In this document: positions 44,601-59,200 of the stretch, piece by piece | Layout: the number at the start of each line of letters is the position of its first letter | Position numbering within the stretch: position 1 is the first letter of the stretch | Assembly (NCBI GenBank): GCA_964016885.1 | Contig: OZ024743.1 | Location: 142,476,001 to 142,540,000, forward strand | Source: Eledone cirrhosa | Lineage: Eukaryota | Direction: 5' to 3' | Length of the DNA: 64,000 bases | Translations under genes and position numbers: made by a program | The notes under the pieces: model-generated | Seen by the model: the letters and a program-made list of their open reading frames with translations, nothing else | Database searches by the model: none | Told to the model about the DNA's origin: nothing

Positions 44601-46390
44601 AGGCACCAAGCACCAAACACCAAACACCAAGCACGCAGCATCAAACAGCAAGCACCAAGCACCAAGCACCAAACACCAAGCACCAAGCACCAAGCACCAA
44701 ACACCAAACACCAAAAACCAAGCACCAGGAACCAAACACCAAACACCAAACAGCAAGCACCAAGCACCAAACACCAAGCACCAAACAGCAAACCTCAAGC
44801 ACCAATCACCAAACACTAATCACCAAGCACCAAGCACCAAACACCAAGCACCAAGCAGCAATCACCAGACACCAAGCACCAAGCACCAAGAACCAAGCAC
44901 CAAACACCAAGCACCAAGCACCAAACACCAAAACCCAAGCACCAAAGACCAAGCACCAAGCACCAAGGACCAAAAACCAAGCACCAAGCACCAAGCACCA
45001 AACACCAAGGACCAAGCACCAAACACCCAGCACCAAGCACCAAGCACCAAACACCAAACACCAAGCACCAAGCACCAAACAGCAAGCACCAAACACCAAA
45101 CACCAAACAGCAAACACCAAACAGCAAACACCAAACAGCAAACAGCAAACAGCAAACGGCAAACACCAAACACCAAGCACCAAGCACCAAACACCAAGCA
45201 CCAAGCACCAAACACCAAGCACCAAGCACCAAGCACCAAACACCAAGCACCAAGCACCAAGCACCAAGCACCAAGCACCAAACACCAAGCACCAAGCACC
45301 AAACACCAAACCCCAAGCACCTAACACCAAACCGCAAGCACCAAGCACCAAACACTAATCACCAAGCACCAAGCACCTGACAACAAGCACCAAGCACCAA
45401 GCACCAGGCACGAAGCACCAAGCACCAAACACAAAACACAAAGCACCAAGCACCAAGCAGCAAGCACCAAGCATCAAACACCAAACACCAAACACCAAGC
45501 ACCAAACACCAAGCACCAAGCACCAAACACCAAACACCAAGCACCAAACACCAAACATCAAGCACCAAACACCAGATACCAAGCACCAAGCACCAAGAAC
45601 CAAACACCAAACATCAAGCACCAAACACCAAACACCAAGCACCAAGCGCCAAACACCAAACAACAAGCACCAGGCACCAAGCTCCAAACACCAAACACCA
45701 AGCACCAAGCACCAAACACCAAACACCAAGCACGCAGCATCAAACACCAAGCACCAAACACCAAGCACCAAGCACCAAGCACCAAGTACCAAGCACCAAA
45801 CACCAAACACCAAGCACCAAACACCAAACACCAAGCACCAGGCACCAAGCACGAAACACCAGGCACCAAGCACCAAGCACCAAACTCCAAACACCAAGCA
45901 CCAAGCACCAGCCACCAAGCACCAAGCACCAAACACCAAACACCAAGCACTAAGCACCAAACACCAAACACCATGCACCAGGCACCAAGCACCAAACACC
46001 AAACACCAAGCACGCAGCACCAAACACCAAGCACCAAGCACCAAGCACCAAACACCAAGCACCAAGCACCAAGCACCAAACACCAAACACCAAACACCAA
46101 GCACCAAGAACCAAACACCAAACAGCAAGCACCAAGCACCAAACACCAAGCCCCAAACACCAAACCCCAAGCACCAATCACCAAACACTAATCACCAAGC
46201 ACCAAGCACCAAACACCAAGCACCAAGCAGCAAGCACCAAACACCAAGCACCAAGCACCAAGCACCAAGCACCAAACACCAAGCACCAAGCACCAAACAC
46301 CAAAACCCAAGCACCAAAGACCAAGCTCCAAGCACCAAGGACCAAACACCAAGCACCAAGCACCAAGCACCAAACACCAAGCACCAAGCA
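38070..46390 (+). repeat. Older ~4.1-4.2 kb tandem duplication (approx. 38070-42170 and 42170-46390) with several monomer-multiple indels
   Basis: Offsets between homologous ORF ends or landmarks are 4100, 4107, 4170, 4177, 4128, 4219 and 4212 (e.g. 39271/43441, 39988/44116, 41754/45973). The rare cacctgacaacaag occurs at ~41176 and ~45374. Boundaries are approximate. Confidence 0.8.
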
Positions 46391-49300
46391 CCAAACACCC
46401 AGCACCAAGCACCAAGCACCAAACACCAAGCACCAAACACCAAACACCAAGCACCAAGCACCAAACAGCAAGCACCAAACACCAAACACCAAACAGCAAA
46501 CACCAAACAGCAAACAGCAAACACCAAACAGCAAACAGCAAACGCCAAACACCAAGCACCAAGCACCAAGCACCAAACACCAAGCACCAAGCACCAAGCA
46601 CACAACACCAAACACCAAGCACCAAGGACCAAACATCAAACACCAAGCACCAAGCACCAAACACCAAACACCAAGCACCAAGCACCAAGCACCAAGCACC
46701 GAACACCAAGCACCAAACACCAAGCACCAAACACCAAGCACCAAACACCAAACACCAAGCACCAGGCACCAAGCACCAAACACCAAACACCAAACACCAA
46801 GCACCAAACACCAAGTCCCACGCACCAAGCACCAAACACCAAACACCAAGCACCAAGCACCAAACACCAAGCACCAAGCACCAAGCCCCTAGCTCCAAAC
46901 ACCAAGCAGCAAGCAGCAAGCACCAAACACCAAACACCAAGCACCAAGCACCAAATACCAAACACCAAGCACCAAGGACCAAACATCAATCACCAAGCAC
47001 CAAGCAGCAAACGCCTAACACCAAGCACCAAGCACCAAGCACCAAGCACCAAACACCAAGCACCAATCACCAAACACCAAACATCAACCACCAAACACCA
47101 AGCACCAGGCACCAAACACCAAACACCAAGCACCAAGCACCAAACACCAAACACCAAGACCGAAGCACCAAACACCAAGCACCAAACTCCAAACACAAAA
47201 CACCAAGCACCAAGCAGCAACCACCAAACACCAAACACCAAGTACCAAGCACCAAACACCAAACACCAAGCACCAAGAACCTAACATCAAACACCAATCA
47301 CCAAGCACCAAACACCAAACACCAAGCACCAAGCACCAAGCACCAAGCACCAAACACCAAGCACCAAACACAAAGCACCAAGCACCAAACACCAAGCACC
47401 AAGCACCAAACACCAAGCACCAAGCACCAAACAACAAACACCAAGCACCAAGCACCAAATACCAAGCACCACGCACCAAACAGCAAACCCCAAGGACCAA
47501 GCACCAAACACTAATCACCAAGCACCAAGCACCAAACAACAAGCACCAAGCACCAAGCACCAGGCACCAAGCACCAAGCACCAAACACAAAACACCAAGC
47601 ACCAAGCACCACACACCAAGCATCAAACACCAAACACCAAATACCAAGCACCAAACACCAAACACCAAGCACTAAGCACCAAGCACCAAACTCCATGCAC
47701 CCAGCACCAAACACCAAACACCAAGCACCAAACACCAAAAACCAAGCACCAAGCACCAAGCACCAAACACCAAACACCAAGCACCAAACACCAGACACCA
47801 AGCAGCAAACACCAAACACCAAGCACCAACCACCAAACACCATACAACAAGCACCAGGCACCAAGCACCAAACACCAAACACCAATCACCAAGCACCAAA
47901 CACCAAGCTCCCAGCACCAAACGACAAACACCAAGCACCAAGCACCAAGCACCAAACACCAAACACAAAACAGCAAACACCAAACACCAAACAGCAAAAA
48001 CCAAATACGAAACAGCAAACACCATACAGCAAACACCAAACACCAAAAAGCAGACACCAAACAGCAAAAACCAAACACCAAACACCAAACACCAAACACC
48101 AAGCACCAAGGACCAACCACCAAACCCCAAGCACCAAGCAACAAACACTAATCACCAAGAACCAAGCACCAAACACCAAGCACCAAGCACCAAGCACCAA
48201 ACACCAAGCACCAAGCACCAAGCGCCAAACACCAAACACCATGCACCAAAGACCAAGCACCAAGCACCAAGCACGAAACAACAAGCACCAAGCACCAAGC
48301 ACCAAACACCAAGCACCAAGCACCAAACACCAACCACCCAGCACCAAGCACCAAGCACCAAACACCAAGCACCAAACACCAAACACCAAACACCAGGCAA
48401 CAAGCACCAAGCACCAACTACCAAGCCCCAAGCACCAAGCACCAAACACCAAGCACCAAGCACCAAACACCAAGCCCCAAGCACCAAGCACCAAACACCA
48501 AACACCAAGCACCAAGCACCAAACACCAAGCACCAAGCACCAAACACCAAACACCAAGCACCAAGGACCCAAGATCAAACACCAAGCACCAAGCACCAAA
48601 CACCAAACACCAAGCCCCAAGCACCAAGAACCAAGCACCGAACACCAAGCCCCAAACACCAAGCAACAAACACCAATCACCAAACACCAAGCACCAAACA
48701 CCAAACACTATGTCCCACGCACCAAGCACCAAACACCCAACAGCAAGCACCAAGCACCAAACACCAAGCACCAAGCACCAAGCCCCTAGCACCAAACACC
48801 AAACACCAAGCACCAAGCACAAAACACCAAGCACCAATCACCAAGCACCAAACACCAAGCAGCAAGCAGCAAGCACCAAACACCAAACACCAAGCACCAA
48901 GCACCAAACACCAAACACCAAGCACCAAGGACCAAACATCAAACACGAAGCACCAAGCACCAAACACCTAACACCAAGCACCAAGCACCAAGCACCAAGC
49001 ACCAAACACCAAGCACCAAACACCAAGCACCAAGCACCAAACACCAAGCACCAAGCACCAAACACCAAGCACCAAGCACCAAGCACCAAACACCAAGCAC
49101 CAAGCACCAAACACCAAACCCCAGGCACCAAACATCAAACCGCAAGCACCAAGCACCAAACACTAATCACCAAGCACAAAGCACCAAACAACAAGCACCA
49201 AGCACCAAGCACCAGGCACCAGGCACCAAGCACCAAACACAAAACACCAAGCACCAAGCACCAAGCGGCAAACACCAAGCATCAAACACCAAACACCAAA

Positions 49301-52300
49301 CACCAAGCACCAAACACCAAGCACCAAGCACCAAACACCAAACACCAAGCACCAAGCACCAAGCACCAAACACCAAACATCAAGCACCAAACACCAGATA
49401 CCAAGCACCAAGCACCAAGCACCAAACACCAAACACCAAGCACCAAGCACCAAACACCAAACAACAAGCAGCAGGAACCAAGCTCCAAACACCAAACACC
49501 AAGCACCAAGCACCAAACACCAAACACCAAGCACGCAGCATCAAACACCAAGCACCAAACACCAAGCACCAAGCACCAAGCACCAAGTACCAAACACCAA
49601 ACACCAAGCACCAAACACCAAACACCAAGCACCAAGCACCAAACACGAAACACCAGGCACCAAGCACCAAGCACCAGCCACCAAGCACCAAGCACCAAAC
49701 ACCAAACACCAAGCACTAAGCACCAAACACCAAACAACAAGCACCAGGCACCAAGCACCAAACACCAAACACCAAGCACGCAGCACCAAACACCAAGCAC
49801 CAAGCACCAAGCACCAAACACCAAGCACCAAGCACCAGACACCAAACACCAAACACCAAGCACCAAGAACCAAACACCAAACACCAAACAGCAAGCACCA
49901 AGCACCAAACACCAAGCACCAAGCACCAAACACCAAACACCAAGCACCAAACACCAAACATCAAGTACCAAACACCAGATACCAAGCACCAAGCACAAAG
50001 CACCAAGCACCAAACACCAAGCACCAATCACCAAACACTAATCACCAAGCACCAAGCACCAAACACCAAGCACCGAGCAGCAATCACCAAACACCACGCA
50101 CCAAGCACCAAGAACCAAGCACCAAACACCAAGCACCAAGGACCAAACACCAAGCACCAAGCACCAAGCACCAAACACCAAGCACCAAGCACCAAACACC
50201 CAGCACCAAGCACCAAGCACCAAACACCAAGCACCAAGCACCAAACACCAAACACCAAACACCAAGCACCAAGCACCAAACAGCAAGCACCAAACACCAA
50301 ACAGCAAACAGCAAACGCCAAACACCAAACACCAAGCACCAAGCACCAAACACCAAGCACCAAGCACCAAACACCAAGCACCAAGCACCAAGCACCAAAC
50401 ACCAAGCACCAAGCACCAAACACCAAACCCCAAGCACCAAACACCAAACCACAAGCACCAAGCACCAAACACTTATCACCAAGCACCAAGCACCAAACAA
50501 CAAGCACCAAGCACCAATCACCAGGCACCAAGCACCAAGCACCAAGCACCAAACACAAAACACCAAGCACCAAGCACCAAGCAGCAAACACCAAGCATCA
50601 AACCCCAAACACCAAACACCAAGCACCAAACACCAAGCACCAAGCACCAAACACCAAGCACCAAGCACCAAACACCAAACATCAAGCACCAAACACCAGA
50701 TACCAAGCACCAAGCACAAAGCACCAAACACCAAACACCAAGCACCAAGAGCCAAACACCAAACAACAAGCACCAGGCACCAAGCTCCAAACACCAAACA
50801 CCAAGCACCAAGCACCAAACACCAAACACCAAGCACGCAGCATCAAACACCAAGCACCAAACACCAAGCACCAAGCACCAAGCACCAAGTACCAAACACC
50901 AAACACCAAGCACCAAACACCAAACACCAAGCACCAAGCACCAAGCACGAAACACCACGCACCAAGCACCAAGCACCAAACTCCAAACACCAAGCACCAA
51001 ACACCAGCCACCAAGCACCAATCACCAAACACCAAGCACTAAGCACGAAACACCAAACAACAAGCACCAGGCACCAAGCACCAAACACCAAACACCAAGC
51101 ACGCAGCACCAAACACCAAGCACCAAGCACCAAGCAGCAAACACCAAGCACCAAGCACCAACCACCAAACACCAAACACCAAACACCAAGCACCAAGAAC
51201 CAAACACCAAACACCAAACAGCAAGCACTAAGCACCAAACACCAAGCCCCAAACACCAAACCCCAAGCACCAATCACCAAACACTAATCACCAAGCACCA
51301 AGCACCAAACACCAAGCACCAAGCAGCAAGCACCAAACACCAAGCACCAAGCACCAAGCACCAAACACCAAGCACCAAGCACCAAACACCAAAACCCAAG
51401 CACCAAAGACCAAGCACCAAGCACCAAACACCAAGCACCAAGCACCAAGCACCAAGCACCAAATACCAAGCACCAAGCACCAAACACCCAGCACCAAGCA
51501 CCAAGCACCAAACACCAAGCACCAAACACCAAATACCAAGCACCAAGCACCAAACAGCAAGCACCAAACACCAAACACCAAACAGCAAACACCAAACAGC
51601 AAACACCAAACACCAAGCACCAAAAACCAAACAGCAAGCACCAAGCACCAAGCACACAACACCAAACACCAAGCACCACGGACCAAACATCAAACACCAA
51701 GCACCAAGCACCAAGCACCGAACACCAAGTACCAAACACCAAGCACCAAACACCAAAGCACCAAACACCAAACACCAAGCACCAGGCACCAAACACCAAG
51801 CACCAAACACCAAGCACCAAGCACCAAACACTAATCATCAAGCACCAAGCACCAAACAACAAGCACCAAGCACCAAGCACCAGGCACCAAGCACCAAGCA
51901 CAAAACACAAAACACCAAGCACCAAGCACCACACACCAAGCATCAAATACCAAGCACCAAACACCAAACACCAAGCAGTAAGCACCAAGCACCAAACTCC
52001 ATGCACCCAGCACCAAACACCAAACACCAATCACCAAACACCAAACACCAAGCACCAAGCACCAAGCACGAAACACCAGGCACCAAGCACCAAGCACCAA
52101 ACTCCAAACACCAAGCACCAAGCACCAGTCACCAAGCACCAAGCACCAAACACCAAACACCAAGCACTAAGCACCAAACACCAAACAACAAGCACCAGGC
52201 ACCAAGCACCAAACACCAAACACCAAGCACGCAGCACCAAACACCAAGCACCAAGCACCAAGCACCAAACACCAAGCACCAAGCACCAAGCACCAGACAC

Positions 52301-53299
52301 CAAACACCAAACACCAAGCACCAAGAACCAAACACCAAACACCTAACAGCAAGCACCAAGCACCAAACACCAAGCACCAAACAGCAAATCCCAAGCACCA
52401 ATCACCAAACACTAATCACCAAGCACCAAGTACCAAACACCAAGCACCAAGCAGCAATCACCAAACACCAAGCACCAAGCACCAAGAACCAAGCACCAAA
52501 CACCAAGCACCAAGCACCAAACACCAAAACCCAAGCACCAAATACCAAGCACCAAGCACCAAGGACCAAACACCAAGCACCAAGCACCAAGCACCAAACA
52601 CCAAGCACCAAGCACCAAACACCCAGCACCAAGCATCAAGCACCAAACACCAAGCACCAAGCAGAAAACACCAAACACCAAACACCATGCACCAAGCACC
52701 AAACAGCAAGCACCAAACACCAAACAGCAAACAGCAAACGCCAAACACCAAACACCAGGCACCAAGCACCAAACACCAACCACCAAGCACCAAGCACCAA
52801 ACACAAAACAACAAGTACCAAGCACCAGACACCAAGCACCAAGCACCAAGCACCAAGCACCAAACACCAAGCACCAAGCACCAAGCACCAAACCCCAAGC
52901 ACCAAACACCAAACCGCAATCACCAAGCACCAAACACTAATCACCAAGCACCAAGCACCAAACAACAAGCACCAAGCACCAAGCACCAGGCACCAAGCAC
53001 CAAGAACCAAACACAAAATACCAAGCACCAAGCACCAAACACCAAGCACCAAGCACCAAACACCAAACACCAAGCACCAAACACCAAACATCAAGCACCA
53101 AACACCAGATACCAAGCACCAAGCACCAAGCACCAAGCAGCAAACACCAAGCATCAAACACCAAGCACCAAACACCAAGCACCAAACACCAAGCACCAAG
53201 CACCAAACACCAAACACCAAGCACCAAGCACCAAACACCAAACACCAAGCACCAAGCGCCAAACACCAAACAACAAGCACCAGGCACCAAGCTCCAAAC

Positions 53300-56200
53300 A
53301 CCAAACACCAAGCACCAAGCACCAAACACCAAACACCAAGCACCAAGAACCTAACATCAAACACCAATCACCAAGCACCAAACACCTAACACCAAGCACC
53401 AAGCACCAAGCACCAAGCACCAAACACCAAGCACCAAACACAAAGCACCAAGCACCAAACACCAAGCACCAAGCACCAAACACCAAGCACCAAGCACCAA
53501 ACACCAAACCCCAAGCACCAAACACCAAACCCCAAGCACCAAGCACCAAACACTAATCACCAAGCACCAAGCACCAAACAACAAGCACCAAGCACCAAGC
53601 ACCAAGTACCAAATACCAAACACCAAGCACCATACACCAAACACCAAGCACCAAGCACCAAACACCAAGAACCAAGCACCAAACACCAAACACCAAGCAC
53701 CAAACACCAAGCACCAAGCAGCAAGCACCAAACACCAAACATCAAGCACCAAACACCAGATACCAAGCATCAAGCACCAAGCACCAAACACCAAACACCA
53801 AGCACCAAGCACCAAACACCAAACAACAAGCAGCAGGCACCAAGCTCCAAACACCAAACACCAAGCACCAAGCACCAAACACCAAACACCAAGCACCAAG
53901 CACCAAGCACGAAACACCAGGCACCAAGCACCAAGCACCAAACTCCAAACACCAAGCACCAAGCACCGGCCACCAAGCACCAAGCACCAAACACCAAACA
54001 CCATGCACTAAGCACCAAACACCAAACAACAAGCACCAGGCACCAAGCACCAAACACCAAACACCAAGCACGCAGCACCAAACACCAAGCAGCAAGCACC
54101 AAGCACCAAACACCAAGCACCAAGCACCAAGCACCAAACACCAAACACCAAACACCAAGCACCAAGAACCAAACACCAAACACCAAACAGCAAGCACCAA
54201 GCACCAAACACCAAGCACCAAACAGCAAACCCCAAGCACCAATCACCAAACACTAATCACCAAGCACCAAGCACCAAACACCAAGCACCAAGCGGCAATC
54301 ACCAAACACCAAGCACCAAGCACCAAGAACCAAGCACCAAACACCAAGCACCAAGCACCAAACACCAAAACCCAAGCACCAAAGACCAAGCACCAAGCAC
54401 CAAGGACCAAACACCAAGCACCAAGCACCAACAACCAAACACCAAGCACCAAGCACCAAACACCCAGCACCAAGCACCAAGCACCAAGCACCAAGCACCA
54501 AACACCAAACACCAAACACCAAGCACCAAGCACCAAACAGCAAGCACCAAACACCAAACACCAAACAGCAAACACCAAACAGCAAACACCAAACACCAAA
54601 CAGCAAACAGCAAACGCCAAACACCAAACACCAAGCACCAAGCACCAAACACCAAGCACCAAGCACCAAACACCAAGCACCAAGCACCAAGCACCAAACA
54701 CCAAGCACCAAGCACCAAACACCAAACCCCAAGCACCGAAGACCAAACCGCAAGCACCAAGCACCAAACACTAATCACCGAGCACCAAGCACCAAACAAC
54801 AAGCACCAAGCACCAAGCACCAGGCTCCAAGCACCAAGCACCAAACACAAAACACCAAGCACCAAGCACCAAGCAGCAAACACCAAGCATCAAACACCAA
54901 GCACCAAACACCAAGCACCAAACACCAAGCACCAAGCACCAAACACCAAACACCAAGCACCAAACACCAAACATCAAGCACCAAACACCAGATACCAAGC
55001 ACCAAGCACCAAACACTAATCACCAAGCACCAAGCACCAAACACCAAACACCAAGCCCCAAGCGCCAAACACCAAACAACAAGCACCAGGCACCAAGCTC
55101 CAAACACCAAACACCAAGCACCAAGCACCAAACACCAAACACCAAGCACCAAGAACCTAACATCAAACACCAATCACCAAGCACCAAACACCTAACATCA
55201 AGCACCAAGCACCAAGCACCAAGCACCAAACACCAAGCACCAAACACAAAGCACCAAGCACCAAACACCAAGCACCAAGCACCAAACACCAAGCACCAAG
55301 CACCAAACACCAAACCCCAAGCACCAAACACCAAACCCCAAGCACCAAGCACCAAACACTAATCACCAAGCACCAAGCACCAAACAACAAGCACCAAGCA
55401 CCAAGCACCAAGTACCAAACACCAAACACCAAGCACCATACACCAAACACCAAGCACCAAGCACCAAGCACGAAACACCAGGCACCAAGCACCAAGCACC
55501 AAACTCCAAACACCAAGCACCAAACACCAGACACCAAGCACCAAGCACCAAACACCAAACACCAAGCACTAAGCACCAAACACCAAACAACAAGCACCAG
55601 GCACCAAGCACCAAACACCAAACACCAAGCACGCAGCACCAAACACCAAGCACCAAGCACCAAGCACCAAACACCAAGCACCAAGCACCAAGCACCAAAC
55701 ACCAAACACCAAACACCAAGCACCAAGAACCAAACACCAATCACCAAACAGCAAGCACCAAGCACCAAACACCAAGCCCCAAACACCAAACCCGAAGCAC
55801 CAATCACCAAACACTAATCACCAAGCACCAAGCACCAAACACCAAGCACCAAGCAGCAAGCACCAAACACCAAGCACCAAGCACCAAGCACCAAGCACCA
55901 AAGACCAAGCACCAAGCACCAAGGACAAAACACCAAGCACCAAGGACCAAGCACCAAACACCAAGCACCAAGCACCAAACACCAAACATCAAACAGCAAA
56001 CACCAAACAGCAAACACCAAACACCAAACAGCAAACAGCAAACGCCAAACACCAAGCACCAAGCACCAAGCACCAAACACCAAGCACCAAGCACCAAGCA
56101 CACAACACCAAACACCAAGCACCAAGGACCAAACATCAAACACCAAGCACCAAGCACCAAACACCAAACACCAAGCACCAAGCACCAAGCACCAAGCACC

Positions 56201-59200
56201 GAACACCAGGTACCAAACACCAAGCACCAAACACCAAGCACCAAACACCAAACACCAAGCACCAGGCACCAAGCACCAAACACCAAGCACCAAACACCAA
56301 GCACCAAACACCAAGTCCCACGCACCAAGCACCAAACACCAAACACCAAGCACCAAACACCAAGCACCAAGCACCAAGTCCCTAGCACCAAACACCAAGC
56401 AGCAAGCAGCAAGCACCAAACACCAAACACCAAGCACCAAGCTCCAAATACCAAACACCAAGCACCAAGGACCAAGCACCAAGCACCAAGCACCAAACAC
56501 CAAGCACCAAACACCAAACACCAATCACCAAACACCAAACACCAAACACCAAACACCAAGCACCAAGCACCAAACACCAAGCACCAAACTCCAAACACAA
56601 AACACCAAGCACCAAGCATCAAGCACCAAATACCAAACACCAAGCACCAAGCACCAAACACCAAACACCAAGCACCAAGAATCTAACATCAAACACCAAG
56701 CACCAAGCACCAAACGCCTAACACCAAGCACCAAGCACCAAGCACCAAGCACCAAACACCAAGCACCAATCACCAAACACCAAACACCAAACACCAAACA
56801 CCAAGCACCAAGCACCAAACACCAAGCACCAAACTCCAAACACAAAACACCAAGCACCAAGCAGCAAGCACCAAACACCAAACACCAAGCACCAAGCACC
56901 AAACACCAAACACCAAGCTCCAAGAACCTAACATCAAACACCAATCACCAAGCACCAAACACCTAACACCAAGCACCAAGCACCAAGCACCAAGCACCAA
57001 ACACCAAGCACCAAACACAAAGAACCAAGCACCAAACACCAAGCACCAAGCACCAAACACCAAGCACCAAGCACCAAACACCAAACCCCAAGCACCAAAC
57101 ACCAAACCCCAAGCACCAAGCACCAAACACTAATCACCAAGCACCAAGCACCAAGCACCAAACACCAAACACCAAGCACCAAAGACCAAGCACCAAGCAC
57201 CAAGCACCAAGCACCAAACAATAAGCACCAATCACCAAGCACCAAACACCAAACACCAACCACCCAGCACCAAGCACCAAGCACCAAACACCAAGCACCA
57301 AACACCATACACCAAACACAAAGCACCAAGCACCAAGCACCAAACACCAAGCACCAAACACTAAGCACCAAACACCAAGCCCCAAGCACCAAGCACCAAA
57401 CACCAAACACCAAGCACCAAGCACCAAACACCAAGCACAAAACACCAAGCACCAAACACCAAACACTAAGTCCCACGCACCAAGCACCAAACACCAAACA
57501 GCAAGCACCAAGCACCAAACACCAAACACCAAGCACCAAGCATAAAACACTAAGCACCAATCACCAAGCACCAAACACCAAGCAGGAAGCAGCAAGCACC
57601 AAACACCAAACACCAAGCACCAAGCACCAAACACCAAACAACAAGCACCAAGGACCAAACATCAAACACCAAGCACCAAGCACCAAAAACCTAACACCAA
57701 GCACCAAGCACCAAGCACCAAACACCAAGCACCAAACACCAAGCACCAAACACCAAACACCAAGCACCAAGCACCAAGCACCAAACACCAAGCACCAAGC
57801 ACCAAGCACCAAACAACAAGCACCAAGCACCAAGAACCAGGCACCAAGCACCAAGCACCAAACACAAAACACCAAGCACCAAGCACCAAGCAGCAAACAC
57901 CAAGCATCAAACACCAAACACCAAACACCAAGCACCAAACACCAAACACCAAGCACCAAACACCAAACACCAAGCACCAAGCACCAAGCACCAAACACCA
58001 AACATCAAGCACCAAACACCAGATACCAAGCATCAAGCACCAAGCACCAAACACCAAACACCAAGCACCAAGCACCAAACACCAAACAACAAGCAGCAGG
58101 CACCAAGCTCCAAACACCAAACACCAAGCACCAAGCACCAAACACCAAACACCAAGCACGCAGCATCAAACACCAAGCACCAAACACCAAGCACCAAGCA
58201 CCAAGTACCAAACACCAAACACCAAGCACCAAACACCAAACACCAAGCACCAAGCACCAAGCACGAAACACCAGGCACCAAGCACCAAACTCCAAACACC
58301 AAGCACCAAGCACCAGCCACCAAGCACCAAGCACCAAACACCAAACACCATGAACTAAGCACCAAGCACCAAACACCAAGCACCAAACAGCAAACCCCAA
58401 GCACCAATCACCAAACACTAATCACCAAGCACCAAGCACCAAACACCAAGCACCAAGCAGCAATCACCAAACACCAAGCACCAAGCACCAAGAACCAAGC
58501 ACCAAACACCAAGCACCAAGCACCAAACACCAAAACCCAAGCACCAAAGACCAAGCACCAAGCACCAAGGACCAAACACCAAGCACCAAGCACCAACAAC
58601 CAAACACCAAGCACCAACCACTAAACACCCAGCACCAAGCACCAAGCACCAAACACCAAGCACCAAGCACCAAACACCAAACACCAAACACCAAGCACCA
58701 AGCACCAAACAGCAAGCACCAAACACCAAACACCAAACAGCAAACACCAGACAGCAAACACCAAACACCAAACAGCAAACAGCAAACGCCAAACACCAAA
58801 CACCAAGCACCAAGCACCAAACACCAAGCACCAAGCACCAAACACCAATCCCCAAGCACCAAACACCAAACCGCAAGCACCAAGCACCAAACACTAATCA
58901 CCAAGCACCAAGCACCAAACAACAAGCACCAAGCACCAAGCACCAGGCTCCAAGCACCAAACACCAAACACAAAACACCAAGCACCAAGCACCAAGCAGC
59001 AAACACCAAGCATCAAACACCAAGCACCAAACACCAAGCACCAAACACCAAGCACCAAGCACCAAACACCAAACACCAAGCACCAAACACCAAACATCAA
59101 GCACCAAACACCAGATACCAAGCACCAAGCACCAAGCACCAAACACCAAACACCAAGCACCTAGCGCCAAACACCAAACAACAAGCACCAGGCACCAAAC

